A stretch of DNA of 64,000 nucleotides from Fibrobacteria bacterium (GTDB lineage Bacteria; Fibrobacterota; Chitinivibrionia; Chitinivibrionales; FEN-1185), in contig JBBIGR010000018.1 of assembly GCA_037447435.1 (NCBI GenBank), positions 19,561 to 83,560 on the forward strand, written 5' to 3'. Below the pieces are notes generated by a model. The model did not search any database and had not been told where the DNA came from. It saw nothing but the letters and a program-made list of their open reading frames with translations. The position numbers and the translations under genes were made by a program. Of the stretch, positions 1 through 9,671 are shown in pieces; the stretch's first letter is position 1; every line of letters begins with the position of its first letter.

Positions 1-104
1 GTTTTTGCGGTGCCGGTCGTATCGTAAAACTGCACTGCCGATTTTGATTGAGCGAAAAGAAATGTAAAGAAAAATCCCAATAAAAAAACCACTTTGAAGA
101 ACAT
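1..104 (-). CDS. Partial (5' end only) secreted protein, runs off the window edge
   Basis: ATG at 104 on the minus strand with GGAGG upstream (109-113). Translates MFFKVVFLLGFFFTFFFAQSKSAVQFYDTTGTAK..., a signal-peptide-like N-terminus. Not in the ORF track. Confidence 0.65.
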   Translation of the reverse strand, partial: MFFKVVFLLGFFFTFLFAQSKSAVQFYDTTGTAK

Positions 105-293
105 AAGACCTCCGGTTACATGATGTATTTGCGAATGGGTAAAATACTAATTACCGATACTATTTCCAAATAGCTTTCCAAAGGAAAAAATATATGTTAA
201 AACGGAAGTCAAGAGGTATATTGATTGGCAAGGAGAAGAAGGCATGGAATTTCCCCTCCCAGCGCAGAGAAGGGGAAAAAAGAAGCCCGATAA

Positions 294-3125
294 TCAGCGT
301 AAATACGGTTTCAAAAACTTTCCTGTTTCGGATTTCGGGTTTTTGGCGATTTCTTCCGGGGTGCCTGTCGCGATGATGAGACCGCCTTTATCGCCGCCTT
401 CGGGACCGAGATCAATAATCCAGTCGGCACATTTAATGACATCAAGATTATGCTCGATCACGAGAACCGTGTTCCCCTTGTCAACAAGCTCCGCAACAAC
501 GTCCATGAGCATGAGGATGTCTTCGAAGTGAAGTCCCGTCGTTGGTTCGTCGAGTATATAAATGGTTTGACCGGTGGACCGCTTTGCAAGTTCGGTCGCA
601 AGTTTTATTCTCTGCGCTTCGCCGCCGGAAAGCGTGGTCGCTTGTTGGCCGAGGTGAATGTAACCCAAACCGACACGGGACAATACCTCGAGTTTCGTCT
701 TGATAGCCGGAATCTTATCGAAGAAAACCAAAGCCTCGTCGACAGTCATGTCGAGTACGTCGGCGATGGACTTCCCTTTGAATGTGATTTCCAAGGTTTC
801 ACGATTATAGCGCTTTCCACGACAGGTTTCGCATTCGACATAAACATCGGGCAGAAAATGCATTTCTATCTTTAAAACGCCGTCGCCCTCGCACGATTCG
901 CATCTGCCGCCCTTGACATTAAAACTGAAACGGCCGGGATTATAACCGCGGATTTTACTTTCGGGCAGCATGGTGAATAACGTCCGGATATGGTCGAACG
1001 TTTTCGTATACGTCGCAGGGTTCGAGCGGGGGGTCCGCCCGATGGGCGATTGGTCTATGTCAATGACTTTGTCTAGATGTTGAAGTCCTTTGATCTGTTT
1101 TACGGAAAGTCCCTGGATTTTTGCGCCGTTCAGCTTCCGGGCGAGGGTCGGATACAATGTCTGATTAATCAATGTGCTTTTTCCGGATCCGGAAACGCCG
1201 GTCACGCAAATCAATAAACCGAGCGGAAACTGCGCTTCGATGTTCTTTAGATTGTTGCCGTTTGCGCCGATGACTTCGAGAAATTTGCCTGTCTGTTTCC
1301 GCCGTTTTGCAGGGAGGGGAATTTCCTTTTTACCGCTCAGATATAATCCGGTCGTGGAAGCGGGATTTGCCATCACTTCTTTCGGTGTGCCGATTGCGAC
1401 CAGTTTTCCGCCGTGAATGCCGGCGCCGGGTCCGATATCGATGAGGCAATCGGCGGCGAGCATAGTGTCTTTGTCGTGTTCGATGACGACAACCGTATTG
1501 CCGAGATCTCGAAGCGAGACAAGGGTGTCGAGCAATTTGGAATTGTCGCGCGGATGCAATCCGATGCTCGGTTCGTCTAATATGTAAATTACCCCCGTGA
1601 GCCGGGATCCGATTTGCGTCGCAAGCCGTATCCGCTGCGCTTCTCCGCCGGACAAGGTCGCCGACATGCGGTCGAGCGATAAATAAGAAAGCCCTACATT
1701 GACAAGAAAAGAAAGCCGTTCGTGGATTTCCTTGAGTATTTGTTTGGCGATTTGTTCCTGCCGCTTTGCGAGCGTTAGGTTCGCGAAAAATGCTTTGAGC
1801 CCTTCAATAGATAAATGAGATAATTCGGCGATATTCTTCCCCGAGATATAAATGGCGAGGCTCTGTTTTTTTAGGCGGGTTCCCTTGCAGCCTGGACAGG
1901 AACGCTGCGTCATGTATGCCTCGATCCATCGTCTGATTTCCTCTGAATTGGATTCCTTATACCGCCTGAGCAGGTTGGGAATTACGCCTTCAAAATGCTT
2001 TTTGAACTGCCCGAAACCTTCTCCTGTGCGGTTTTCCCATTTCATGAGGATTTTTTCATTGCCGGCGCCATGCAGTAATATGGTTTTCTGCTTTTCGGTC
2101 AGGGATTTATATGGCTTGTCTATCGGAATGGAAAAATGTTTGCATACCGCAAGCATCATTTGATGATTCCAGCCCCCCATAGTCGTTGCGCCGTTCCAGG
2201 GAACGATCGCACCGTCGAGAAGCGATAGCGATTGGTCGGGCGCAACAAGGTCTTCATCGATTTCCATGAGATAGCCGAGACCGTTACAGTCTTCGCAGGC
2301 ACCGAACGGATTGTTGAAGGAAAACATCCGCGGCGACAATTCGTCGTAGCTAATGCCGCAATGCGGGCAGGCTAAAAGCTCGGAGAAAACAATAGGCTGT
2401 TTATCGATGACATCAACGATGATAGTGCCGTTTGTCGAGAGTTTGAGGGCCGTTTCAATCGAGTCGACGAGCCGCCCTTTGACACTTGCCGTATTAACGA
2501 GGCGGTCGACAACGACCTCGATTGAATGTTTTTTATTTTTGTCAAGAGGTATCTGTTCGTCGAGCGTGTATGTGTTACCGTCGACGCGAACGCGAACGAA
2601 CCCGTCTTTTTGGAGTTTGTCGAAAAGGTCCTTGTATTCTCCTTTACGCCCGGAAATAACAGGAGATAGTATTTGGAATTTAGTGTTTGCCGATAGCGCC
2701 ATGATTTGGTCCGTAATTTCCTGTACTGTTTGGCGGGTGATCGGTCTATTGCATTTATAGCATGTCGGATCGCCTATTCTTGCAAAAAGCAACCGCATAT
2801 AATCATGGATTTCGGTGATGGTTCCCACGGTAGAACGAGGGTTATGGCCCGTGGTTTTCTGTTCGATTGAAATAGCGGGAGACAAACCTTCGATGGAGTC
2901 GACATCCGGTTTTTCCATGAGACCGAGGAATTGACGCGCATAGGCGGATAATGATTCGACATACCGCCGCTGGCCTTCGGAATATAAGGTGTCAAACGCG
3001 AGCGAGGACTTTCCTGAGCCCGAAAGGCCGGTAATGACAGTAAGGCTTCCCCGTGGAATGGTAACGTCAATGTTTTTAAGGTTGTGTTCGCGGGCGCCTT
3101 TAATGACTATGTCTTTTTGATTCAT
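294..3125 (-). CDS. uvrA: Excinuclease ABC subunit A
   Basis: GAREHNLKN start, two Walker A motifs ([16 protein letters not shown]), two LSGGEAQRI signatures and CxxC zinc fingers; 943 aa. Confidence 0.99.
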   Translation of the reverse strand: MNQKDIVIKGAREHNLKNIDVTIPRGSLTVITGLSGSGKSSLAFDTLYSEGQRRYVESLSAYARQFLGLMEKPDVDSIEGLSPAISIEQKTTGHNPRSTVGTITEIHDYMRLLFARIGDPTCYKCNRPITRQTVQEITDQIMALSANTKFQILSPVISGRKGEYKDLFDKLQKDGFVRVRVDGNTYTLDEQIPLDKNKKHSIEVVVDRLVNTASVKGRLVDSIETALKLSTNGTIIVDVIDKQPIVFSELLACPHCGISYDELSPRMFSFNNPFGACEDCNGLGYLMEIDEDLVAPDQSLSLLDGAIVPWNGATTMGGWNHQMMLAVCKHFSIPIDKPYKSLTEKQKTILLHGAGNEKILMKWENRTGEGFGQFKKHFEGVIPNLLRRYKESNSEEIRRWIEAYMTQRSCPGCKGTRLKKQSLAIYISGKNIAELSHLSIEGLKAFFANLTLAKRQEQIAKQILKEIHERLSFLVNVGLSYLSLDRMSATLSGGEAQRIRLATQIGSRLTGVIYILDEPSIGLHPRDNSKLLDTLVSLRDLGNTVVVIEHDKDTMLAADCLIDIGPGAGIHGGKLVAIGTPKEVMANPASTTGLYLSGKKEIPLPAKRRKQTGKFLEVIGANGNNLKNIEAQFPLGLLICVTGVSGSGKSTLINQTLYPTLARKLNGAKIQGLSVKQIKGLQHLDKVIDIDQSPIGRTPRSNPATYTKTFDHIRTLFTMLPESKIRGYNPGRFSFNVKGGRCESCEGDGVLKIEMHFLPDVYVECETCRGKRYNRETLEITFKGKSIADVLDMTVDEALVFFDKIPAIKTKLEVLSRVGLGYIHLGQQATTLSGGEAQRIKLATELAKRSTGQTIYILDEPTTGLHFEDILMLMDVVAELVDKGNTVLVIEHNLDVIKCADWIIDLGPEGGDKGGLIIATGTPEEIAKNPKSETGKFLKPYLR

Positions 3126-3246
3126 GATAAATTCTCTTTAAAAGTGGTAGATGAAATAACGAGCACGCATAAAACGGTTTGAAACCAAATTACGCTTAAA
3201 CGAATGTCAAAATTACTACCTGCGGGTGAAAAACGGAAAAAACTAA

Positions 3247-3678
3247 TTACGACTGCATTTCCTGCTGCTTATCCTGATCAACGGCATGATATGCATCGTA
3301 GGCATCCTGAACCGCTTCGGTTAGTTTTACCCGATTGAACGGCTTGAAAAGGCAAGGGTAACGCGACGTTTTGTAGATCTTGACAAGAGTATGCTTTGGA
3401 TTGTAACCGAAACCGGTCATGAGCAATACCTGGGATGGAATGGCTTTGTCTTTGAGCTTGCCGATAAATTCGTATCCGTCCATTTCGGGCATGGCAATAT
3501 CGGTGATCACCAGAAAAAACTTTTCCGTCTCAAGGTACGCGAAGGCTTCTTTGGTGGTAGACGCAAGAGTTGTTTCCCATCCCAGGCTTCCCAAATAGAT
3601 TTTAAGGAAGTCTAGGACGTCTTCTTCATCGTCGAGGATGAGAATGCGCTTATTAGGTTCTTTTTGCGATAAGTCCAT
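3247..3678 (-). CDS. Single-domain response regulator (REC)
   Basis: ILILDDE, VITDIAMP, LMTG and FKPF receiver motifs; no output domain. Confidence 0.9.
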   Translation of the reverse strand: MDLSQKEPNKRILILDDEEDVLDFLKIYLGSLGWETTLASTTKEAFAYLETEKFFLVITDIAMPEMDGYEFIGKLKDKAIPSQVLLMTGFGYNPKHTLVKIYKTSRYPCLFKPFNRVKLTEAVQDAYDAYHAVDQDKQQEMQS

Positions 3679-4030
3679 GAACTTTATCTATCAATTCTTG
3701 TTTGCCGAAAGGCTTGGTGATATATGCATCGGCTTTCATCACGTGCAGGCCGACCATTTCGTCGAATCCTTGTGTTTTTGCCGTTAAAATCGCAATAGGT
3801 ATATCGGCGAATTCCTTGTCGCTTCGAATCAGTTTGAAAACTTCCCATCCGTTAAGCTTGGGCATAGACAGGTCGAGAAGAACCAGGTCGGGCTTGTATT
3901 GTTTTACCGTGTCGTAGGCCGCGCAGGGATCCAAGACGGTTTGGACCTCGTAATTCTGTGTTTCAAGCACGAGCTTTACCAACTCGGCGATGTCCATTTC
4001 GTCTTCTACAACGATGATTTTCTTTTTCAT
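3653..4030 (-). CDS. Single-domain response regulator (REC)
   Basis: IIVVEDE, LLDLSMP, ILTAK and YITKPF motifs; overlaps the next REC gene. Confidence 0.92.
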   Translation of the reverse strand: MKKKIIVVEDEMDIAELVKLVLETQNYEVQTVLDPCAAYDTVKQYKPDLVLLDLSMPKLNGWEVFKLIRSDKEFADIPIAILTAKTQGFDEMVGLHVMKADAYITKPFGKQELIDKVHGLIAKRT

Positions 4031-4043
4031 AAGGACTATGCCC

Positions 4044-4343
4044 CTATTTTCTCAAGTATTCGAAAAACGCCCAGCTCCAATATCGCAAGCTTACGACAAA
4101 CGCACATACCGCGGCGCAAAAACGGATGCCCATTGGAATTATTGCAGGAACGTGAATATTGATATCGTTCAGTATTGAATCTCCGAGGGCCGTGATCGCT
4201 ATAATCAGGGAGGTAACGTATAATAACCGATAATACGGCTTGATTTTCAGAGCTTCGCCGATTCGGCGGCTCAGATAAGCGATAATGATCATGATAACCA
4301 CGACCGATGCGTCGAAAACAATGAGGCTGTGCATTGTTGCCAT
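4044..4343 (-). CDS. Small membrane protein (about 3 TM), unknown function
   Basis: Three hydrophobic stretches; tightly packed in the KaiC-like operon. Confidence 0.75.
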   Translation of the reverse strand: MATMHSLIVFDASVVVIMIIIAYLSRRIGEALKIKPYYRLLYVTSLIIAITALGDSILNDINIHVPAIIPMGIRFCAAVCAFVVSLRYWSWAFFEYLRK

Positions 4344-4346
4344 GGT

Positions 4347-4661
4347 TTATTTCCTGACTTTCCTCATGGTAAAGAAAAGGTTCAGCGAACTGATTGCGGA
4401 AACGGCGGCGCAAAGGATAATAAGAACAAACTGTACGAGCCCCGCGGTATCGGGGTGGCGATTGAAAGAAACGAGAATACTCCCTGCATAGCACAATGCA
4501 AGAAGTATGGCGATAATAAATCCGCTGCGAGGCGACTTCTGCCCGATTTTCTTCATGTAAAACGACGAAATAACAAACATGAGAAAATTAAGGCAAATCA
4601 CCGCCAGGATATATCCTGCAAGGAGGATACGCGCCGGTTCCAACAGAAGCGTCGGGTGCAT
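4347..4661 (-). CDS. Small membrane protein (about 3 TM), unknown function
   Basis: Hydrophobic 104 aa; its ATG directly abuts the stop codon of the ATPase gene. Confidence 0.75.
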   Translation of the reverse strand: MHPTLLLEPARILLAGYILAVICLNFLMFVISSFYMKKIGQKSPRSGFIIAILLALCYAGSILVSFNRHPDTAGLVQFVLIILCAAVSAISSLNLFFTMRKVRK

Positions 4662-5432
4662 TTATTTTTTTCCGAAAACGTTTACAAATGCGTCCTGAGG
4701 CGTATGATGTGAAATGCCGCTCATGATCCCCTCACGGCCAGAAAATTTTGCGTCCACTTCAATGCCTTTGGGTCCAATCTTAAAGAGCCGGATGTCTTTT
4801 TGATGATCGCTTCCGCGCATTTTAAGAATTAGGAACGCCTTTTGTATTGTACTGTCTATTTCAACATACCGCAAGAGAAAATATGAATCGACGATAAACG
4901 GGATTTTGCTCGTGACGCGATCCATTTGGCCCATGAGGCTGTCGTTCTCTCGCAATAAGATACTCGTGACATTTTCACGCTTGAGAGCATTAATGAATTT
5001 CCGTTCGATGTCTCGAAGATGAAATTCGTCGAGCGACAAGGATTCGAAATGCGTGACGCTGTCGACGACGACGCGTTTGATTTTCATTTTTTCTATAATA
5101 TTAATGAAAGTGCCGTCGACATTTTCGAATTCTTTAAGCGTTGTTTCGGGGTCGGAAAAAACCACCTTGAGTTTTCCTTGCGCTTCGAGTTTCTTAAGGT
5201 CCCACCCGAATTGCATTGCATCATGATAATACTGCTGCGGGAATTCTTCAAAGGTAATGATAAGGCCCGGCTCGTCGAATTGCGTTATTCCATTATAAAT
5301 AAACTGCATGGCCATGGTTGTTTTGCCTGTGCCGGGTGCGCCTTCGAGTAAATTTGCGGATCCGGGCAAAAGGCCGCCGAAAATCATTTCGTCGAGGCCT
5401 TTGATTCCGAATGGTGCTCGCTTTTCCTTCAT
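4662..5432 (-). CDS. Single-domain KaiC/RAD55-family RecA-fold ATPase
   Basis: GLDEMIFGG, Walker A GAPGTGKT, ITFEE, VVVDS and ILKMRGS. Start moved to MKEKRAP (5432), which has an AAGGAG RBS and avoids overlap with argF. Confidence 0.9.
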   Translation of the reverse strand: MKEKRAPFGIKGLDEMIFGGLLPGSANLLEGAPGTGKTTMAMQFIYNGITQFDEPGLIITFEEFPQQYYHDAMQFGWDLKKLEAQGKLKVVFSDPETTLKEFENVDGTFINIIEKMKIKRVVVDSVTHFESLSLDEFHLRDIERKFINALKRENVTSILLRENDSLMGQMDRVTSKIPFIVDSYFLLRYVEIDSTIQKAFLILKMRGSDHQKDIRLFKIGPKGIEVDAKFSGREGIMSGISHHTPQDAFVNVFGKK

Positions 5433-5448
5433 GGTCGTGCTCCTTTGG

Positions 5449-6429
5449 TCAGGAGAAAAGGTGGACGATGATTGCTTTTTGAATATGGAGCCTGTTTTCT
5501 GCTTCATCGAGTGCTATCGACCGGGCCGAATCCAAAACATCGCTGGTGATTTCTTCGCCGCGGTGGGCAGGCAAACAATGTGAAACCAGGCAATCGCGAG
5601 GCGCTTTGGCCAGCAAAGCCTGGTTCACTTGAAATTGCTTGAATTTTTTTATCCGTACAGCCGTTTCCTGCTCCTGACCCATACTGGTCCAGACATCGGT
5701 GTAAAGAACCGAGGCGTCGGCAACCGCGTCGTTGACATTTGTTGCAAGGGCAATCGAGGCGCCGGTTTGTTGGGCGATTTTCCTGCATTGAAAAACGATG
5801 TCCGGTTTGGGTTGATATCCTTTTGGGCCAACGGCGGTAAACCGGTATCCCAGTTTTGCGCATAATACCATAATCGACTGGCAGACATTGTTACCGTCGC
5901 CGACAAATACGACGTGCGCTTTTTTCGGGGCGTCTAAACGTTCGTACATTGTCAAGCCAAGGGCCAGTGCCTGGCAGGGATGAAACGTATCGGACAAGGC
6001 GTTAATGACAGGTATTGAACTATGCGCAGCTAATTCGGTGACGGTTTTGTGTGAAAACGTGCGCGCAATAATCAGATGCACCCAGCGTTCAAGATTCATT
6101 GCGACATCCTTGACGCTTTCCCGTTTTCCCATCTGACCCATATCGGATCCCATATAGATGGCGTGGCCGCCCAGTTCGTTTATTGCGGTTTCGAATGTAA
6201 TGCGGGTGCGAAGCGAAGGCTTCTCGAAAATCAAAACCCCGGTCTTTTCGGCAAAGGCTTTAGGGTCTTTTTTCAAACGTTTTTGCTTCAGTGCTTTTGC
6301 GTTGCGAATGAGATGCTTGACTTCGTCGGGCGAATAATCGAGCAGCGTCAACAGATCTTTCTTTGATTGACCGCGCGGATTATCGGTATACGAAGGATAA
6401 ATTCCGTTAGTTGATTTTGTAGATTTCAT
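5449..6429 (-). CDS. argF: Ornithine carbamoyltransferase
   Basis: FEKPSLRT, HPCQ, GDGNNV, DVWTSMG, HCLP and AENR motifs. Confidence 0.93.
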   Translation of the reverse strand: MKSTKSTNGIYPSYTDNPRGQSKKDLLTLLDYSPDEVKHLIRNAKALKQKRLKKDPKAFAEKTGVLIFEKPSLRTRITFETAINELGGHAIYMGSDMGQMGKRESVKDVAMNLERWVHLIIARTFSHKTVTELAAHSSIPVINALSDTFHPCQALALGLTMYERLDAPKKAHVVFVGDGNNVCQSIMVLCAKLGYRFTAVGPKGYQPKPDIVFQCRKIAQQTGASIALATNVNDAVADASVLYTDVWTSMGQEQETAVRIKKFKQFQVNQALLAKAPRDCLVSHCLPAHRGEEITSDVLDSARSIALDEAENRLHIQKAIIVHLFS

Positions 6430-6785
6430 CCTGCACTTGTCCGGATCGTGTTGGTTTGCTTCATCGTTTGCGGCTCGATAAGATCATAAAAGAACGCGCA
6501 ATACGCTGCGGTTTTAAATCTTAATATAGGTACTTTGCTCAAAACAGATGAATAAAATAATTATTGAACATCAAAGCCTTGCAAGTTAAATCAATTTATT
6601 CTGGAAATTGAAAAAGAATTATTCTTGCTTCTTTTGTGGTAAATCTCACATATTAAACTACAGGAGAGAAGAGTATTGTTTAAAATATCTCCCTATTTTA
6701 TAGGGAGGCAATGCTTTTTAAGGGTGCGAAATGCAAAATAACATCGCTGTCGTGCCACGTTTCACTTAATGTCAGGAGGCTTCAG

Positions 6786-7133
6786 GTGGAAATTACAGAG
6801 GTTCGGATCACCTTGCGAAATGAAGAGAAGCTCAAGGCGTTTGCAAGCATCACTTTTGATGATTGTTTTGTCGTTCGAGGACTTAAAGTGATTAACGGGT
6901 CGCAGGGATATTTCGTATCCATGCCCTCGAGAAAACGCAAGGATGGAAGCTATCAGGATGTTGCGCATCCGATAAATAATGAGATGAGAAAAAAAATTGA
7001 AGACAAAGTATTAGACGCGTTCGAAGCTGAATTGAATAAAGCCGGTGCAAATCCTGGAATTATTAAAGCCGCACCAGGTGAAGAGGAAGATTTCGATTTG
7101 GAGGAAGAAGCTTCAAAATCAAGCAATGCCTAA
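6786..7133 (+). CDS. spoVG: Septation regulator SpoVG family protein
   Basis: VEITEVRI..LKAFASITFDDCFVVRGLKVI..FVSMPSRKRKDG..DVAHPIN; GTG start at 6786 after AGGAGG. Confidence 0.95.
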   Translation: MEITEVRITLRNEEKLKAFASITFDDCFVVRGLKVINGSQGYFVSMPSRKRKDGSYQDVAHPINNEMRKKIEDKVLDAFEAELNKAGANPGIIKAAPGEEEDFDLEEEASKSSNA

Positions 7134-7312
7134 GGTTGGCTACTGAGCGGACCGCGATATGAAGGGCGTTTTCCCCGTTATGCAAAGGGCTTTGCGTGCT
7201 CTTCTGCCACGGGATGATTTACTTGAAAATAGCCCTTTAATATTTATTCTGCTATAAAGTTTCCCAAACGCCATCCCAAATATTATTTTTAAAAAATTTG
7301 CTATTCGCATAC

Positions 7313-7387
7313 AGGGGCGTCGACAAGTGGCAAGTCACGAGGTTTTGGTCCTCGCATTCGGTGGTTCGAATCCATCCGCCCCTGCCA
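7313..7387 (+). tRNA. tRNA-Gln (anticodon TTG)
   Basis: Acceptor stem AGGGGCG/CGCCCCT; anticodon arm CGAGG-TTTTGGT-CCTCG; T arm GGTGG-TTCGAAT-CCATC; encoded CCA; usual position upstream of rplY. Confidence 0.96.
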
Positions 7388-7500
7388 TTCATAGCAAAAC
7401 GTTTGGATGGTTCGAACTAAAAGTGGTTCGAAACCGCAGATTCGCCGAGGGGCGAATCCTTCCGAAATAAGAATAAATCGTTACGGTTGGGCCGGAGGCC

Positions 7501-7521
7501 AATCCATCCGCCCCTGCCATT
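7501..7521 (+). repeat. Direct repeat of the tRNA-Gln 3' end
   Basis: AATCCATCCGCCCCTGCCATT is identical to 7369-7389. Confidence 0.95.
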
Positions 7522-7553
7522 TTAAAAGGAAATTATTTTTCAGGAGGTATAGA

Positions 7554-8294
7554 GTGGATATCATCAAATTGACTGCCCGGCAAAGAACTGGTTCCGGGAA
7601 ATCGTATACGCGTAAAGCTCGCGTTGCCGGTTGGGTTCCTGCAATCTATTACGGCCATAACATGCAGCCAAAAAACATTGAGATTAGCGGTGCGGAATTT
7701 ACGACTCTGGTCCGTCAGAAAAAAACCCGTCATCTTTTCGAATTGCAAGGTTTGAGCGAAGACAGCGGCGAAGCTGTTGCAATTATAAAAGAAATACAGA
7801 GAGACATTATCGACAGGAAAAAATTTTTACATGTTGATTTTCAGCATGTCGCAATGGATGAAAAAGTGACTGTGCAAGTTCTGATCGAGCTTGTCGGGCT
7901 TCCTCCTATCGGTGTCAAAGAATCGGCTGGCGTTCTGCAGCATTCGGCGAAAACCATTAAAATTGAATGCTTGCCGGCAAATATTCCGGAAAAAATAAAT
8001 GTCGATGTTTCCAAGCTCGACATTGGAGATTCCATTCATATTCGCGATATTACGGTGGAGAATGCGATCATTAAAGATTCTCCGGACGAAGTCATTGCCG
8101 TTGTCATTATGCCGACTTCGGAAGAAGTTAAAGCTCCTGAAGCCGCTGCTGCAACCGCCGAAGGCGCTGCCGCTCCTGCTGCGGGTGCCGCTGCTGCTGC
8201 TGCAGATGGTGCCAAAACTGCTGAACCTGCTAAAGCTGGTGATGCAAAAGACGCAAAAGCCGGTGCAAAAGACAAGGACGCTAAAAAGAAATAA
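7554..8294 (+). CDS. rplY: 50S ribosomal protein L25/Ctc
   Basis: RKARVAGWVPAIYYG, HVDF, GDSIHIRDI; GTG start after AGGAGG; Ala/Lys-rich C-terminal tail. Confidence 0.95.
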   Translation: MDIIKLTARQRTGSGKSYTRKARVAGWVPAIYYGHNMQPKNIEISGAEFTTLVRQKKTRHLFELQGLSEDSGEAVAIIKEIQRDIIDRKKFLHVDFQHVAMDEKVTVQVLIELVGLPPIGVKESAGVLQHSAKTIKIECLPANIPEKINVDVSKLDIGDSIHIRDITVENAIIKDSPDEVIAVVIMPTSEEVKAPEAAAATAEGAAAPAAGAAAAAADGAKTAEPAKAGDAKDAKAGAKDKDAKKK

Positions 8295-8317
8295 TTCAAT
8301 GAGAGTTTAAAGCCGCG

Positions 8318-8956
8318 ATGTCTTTTTTATCTAATATATTCGCGGTATTTCGCAGGCAAACGCAAAAAACCAATGCCGATTATGTTATAGTCGGCATTGG
8401 TAATGTTGGAAGCAAATACGAAAATACCCGCCATAATATCGGGTTTATGGTTGCAGATCAATGTCTGGCAAATGCGACCAATATACAAAAAGTAGCAATT
8501 CCGTCGGCGCAATGTGCTGTCGGCTTTTTTTCAGGGAAAAATGTTGCTTTTGTAAAACCAACAACGTTTGTCAATAAATCGGGCGACGCGGTCGCTGCCG
8601 CACTGAAAACATTGGGTTTGCCCGTTGGCCGCTGTTTGATTGTCGTAGATGATTATAATCTTTCCTTGGGAAGCATGCGCTTTCGCCAGGGCGGCTCCGA
8701 CGGAGGGCATAACGGCCTAAAGTCGATTATCGAGGCGATTGGCCAGGATTTTCCTCGTTTACGAATCGGTATCGGCCCTCGACCTAAGGATATGAGCACC
8801 ATAGATTTTGTCTTGGGAAAATTTACGGAGCAGGAAGAAAAAATCGTTCTGAATGTTTCTAAGAAGGCGTTGAACGGAATAGAAATTTTTGTAAATAATA
8901 CTGTTGAAAAAGCAACTGCGGTTTTCAATAGTCCGGATAAAAGTATTTTGAAATAA
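8318..8956 (+). CDS. pth: Peptidyl-tRNA hydrolase
   Basis: IVGIGN..KYENTRHNIGF, KPTTFVNKSG, GGHNGLKSI, RLRIGIG. Confidence 0.97.
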   Translation: MSFLSNIFAVFRRQTQKTNADYVIVGIGNVGSKYENTRHNIGFMVADQCLANATNIQKVAIPSAQCAVGFFSGKNVAFVKPTTFVNKSGDAVAAALKTLGLPVGRCLIVVDDYNLSLGSMRFRQGGSDGGHNGLKSIIEAIGQDFPRLRIGIGPRPKDMSTIDFVLGKFTEQEEKIVLNVSKKALNGIEIFVNNTVEKATAVFNSPDKSILK

Positions 8957-8999
8957 TGTTCTTGTCTCGCAGGGTTTTTCCTGCACTATCTTACATCCT

Positions 9000-9061
9000 G
9001 CTTCATCATAGCACATTGAACGCGGTGCACAGATGAAGCCTTTGACCAAAGGAGGTTCGCG
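9000..9061 (+). promoter_or_regulatory. Structured rpsF 5' leader (candidate S6:S18 autoregulatory RNA)
   Basis: Stem GCTTCATC(9000-9007)/GATGAAGC(9032-9039) with an inner GCAC/GTGC stem, then a CCTTT/AAAGG hairpin overlapping the AGGAGG SD. Confidence 0.45.
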
Positions 9062-9397
9062 TTGAAACGACCGTACGAGTCTATCGTCATATTTGACGGC
9101 ACTCTTTCTGACGACACCATTATCGGTGAAAGCAAAAAGATTGAAGAGTTCCTTGCTAAAAACGCCGCTTTTGAATCGACAGTCGTGTGGGGAAAACGTC
9201 ACATGGCTTACATCATTAAAAAGAAAAAATCAGGCGTTTATCACCTCTTTAATTATTCCGGCGAAGGTGATGTTGCCGGTAAATTGGAAAAATTCCTCAA
9301 ACTGAACGAGACTGTTTTGCGGCATCTCACAGTTGTAAGAGAAGACCGACCGGCAAAGGCGGATGTTGTTGTGCCATCATCTGAGGAGCGTGCATAA
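9062..9397 (+). CDS. rpsF: 30S ribosomal protein S6
   Basis: [26 protein letters not shown] start. Confidence 0.95.
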   Translation: MKRPYESIVIFDGTLSDDTIIGESKKIEEFLAKNAAFESTVVWGKRHMAYIIKKKKSGVYHLFNYSGEGDVAGKLEKFLKLNETVLRHLTVVREDRPAKADVVVPSSEERA

Positions 9398-9624
9398 TGT
9401 ATAAAAAAGCAAGAATGAAAAAAGTATGTTGGTTTGACCAGAATTCAATTGAACCGGATTATAAAGATCAGAGAATGATGGAAAGTTTCATTACCGAACG
9501 GGGAAAAATTGTTCCGCGCCGGTTGTCGGGCGTTTGTGCAAAGCATCAAAAGGCGCTTTCCGTTGCCATTAAGCGTGCACGTTATTTGGCGATGATCCCG
9601 TTTGTGGCGGAAAACATCAGATAA
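9397..9624 (+). CDS. rpsR: 30S ribosomal protein S18
   Basis: [25 protein letters not shown]. Confidence 0.97.
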   Translation: MYKKARMKKVCWFDQNSIEPDYKDQRMMESFITERGKIVPRRLSGVCAKHQKALSVAIKRARYLAMIPFVAENIR

Positions 9625-9671
9625 TCCGCCCCTGTCATTTACTAAAGCAAGAAAAAGAGGAGCATTCTGCT

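Noticed and set aside
3126..3246. LexA box upstream of uvrA
   Set aside because: No convincing palindrome matching the LexA motifs I know.
4662..5432. Circadian kaiC clock gene
   Set aside because: Single domain, no Ser-Thr phosphosite at the expected position, and no kaiA or kaiB nearby.
7407..7553. N-terminal extension of the rplY ORF in the track
   Set aside because: Runs through the tRNA-repeat spacer; the GTG at 7554 has an AGGAGG RBS and matches the L25 start.
8140..8290. GCT/GCC-rich short repeats
   Set aside because: Simply the Ala/Lys-rich tail of L25/Ctc.
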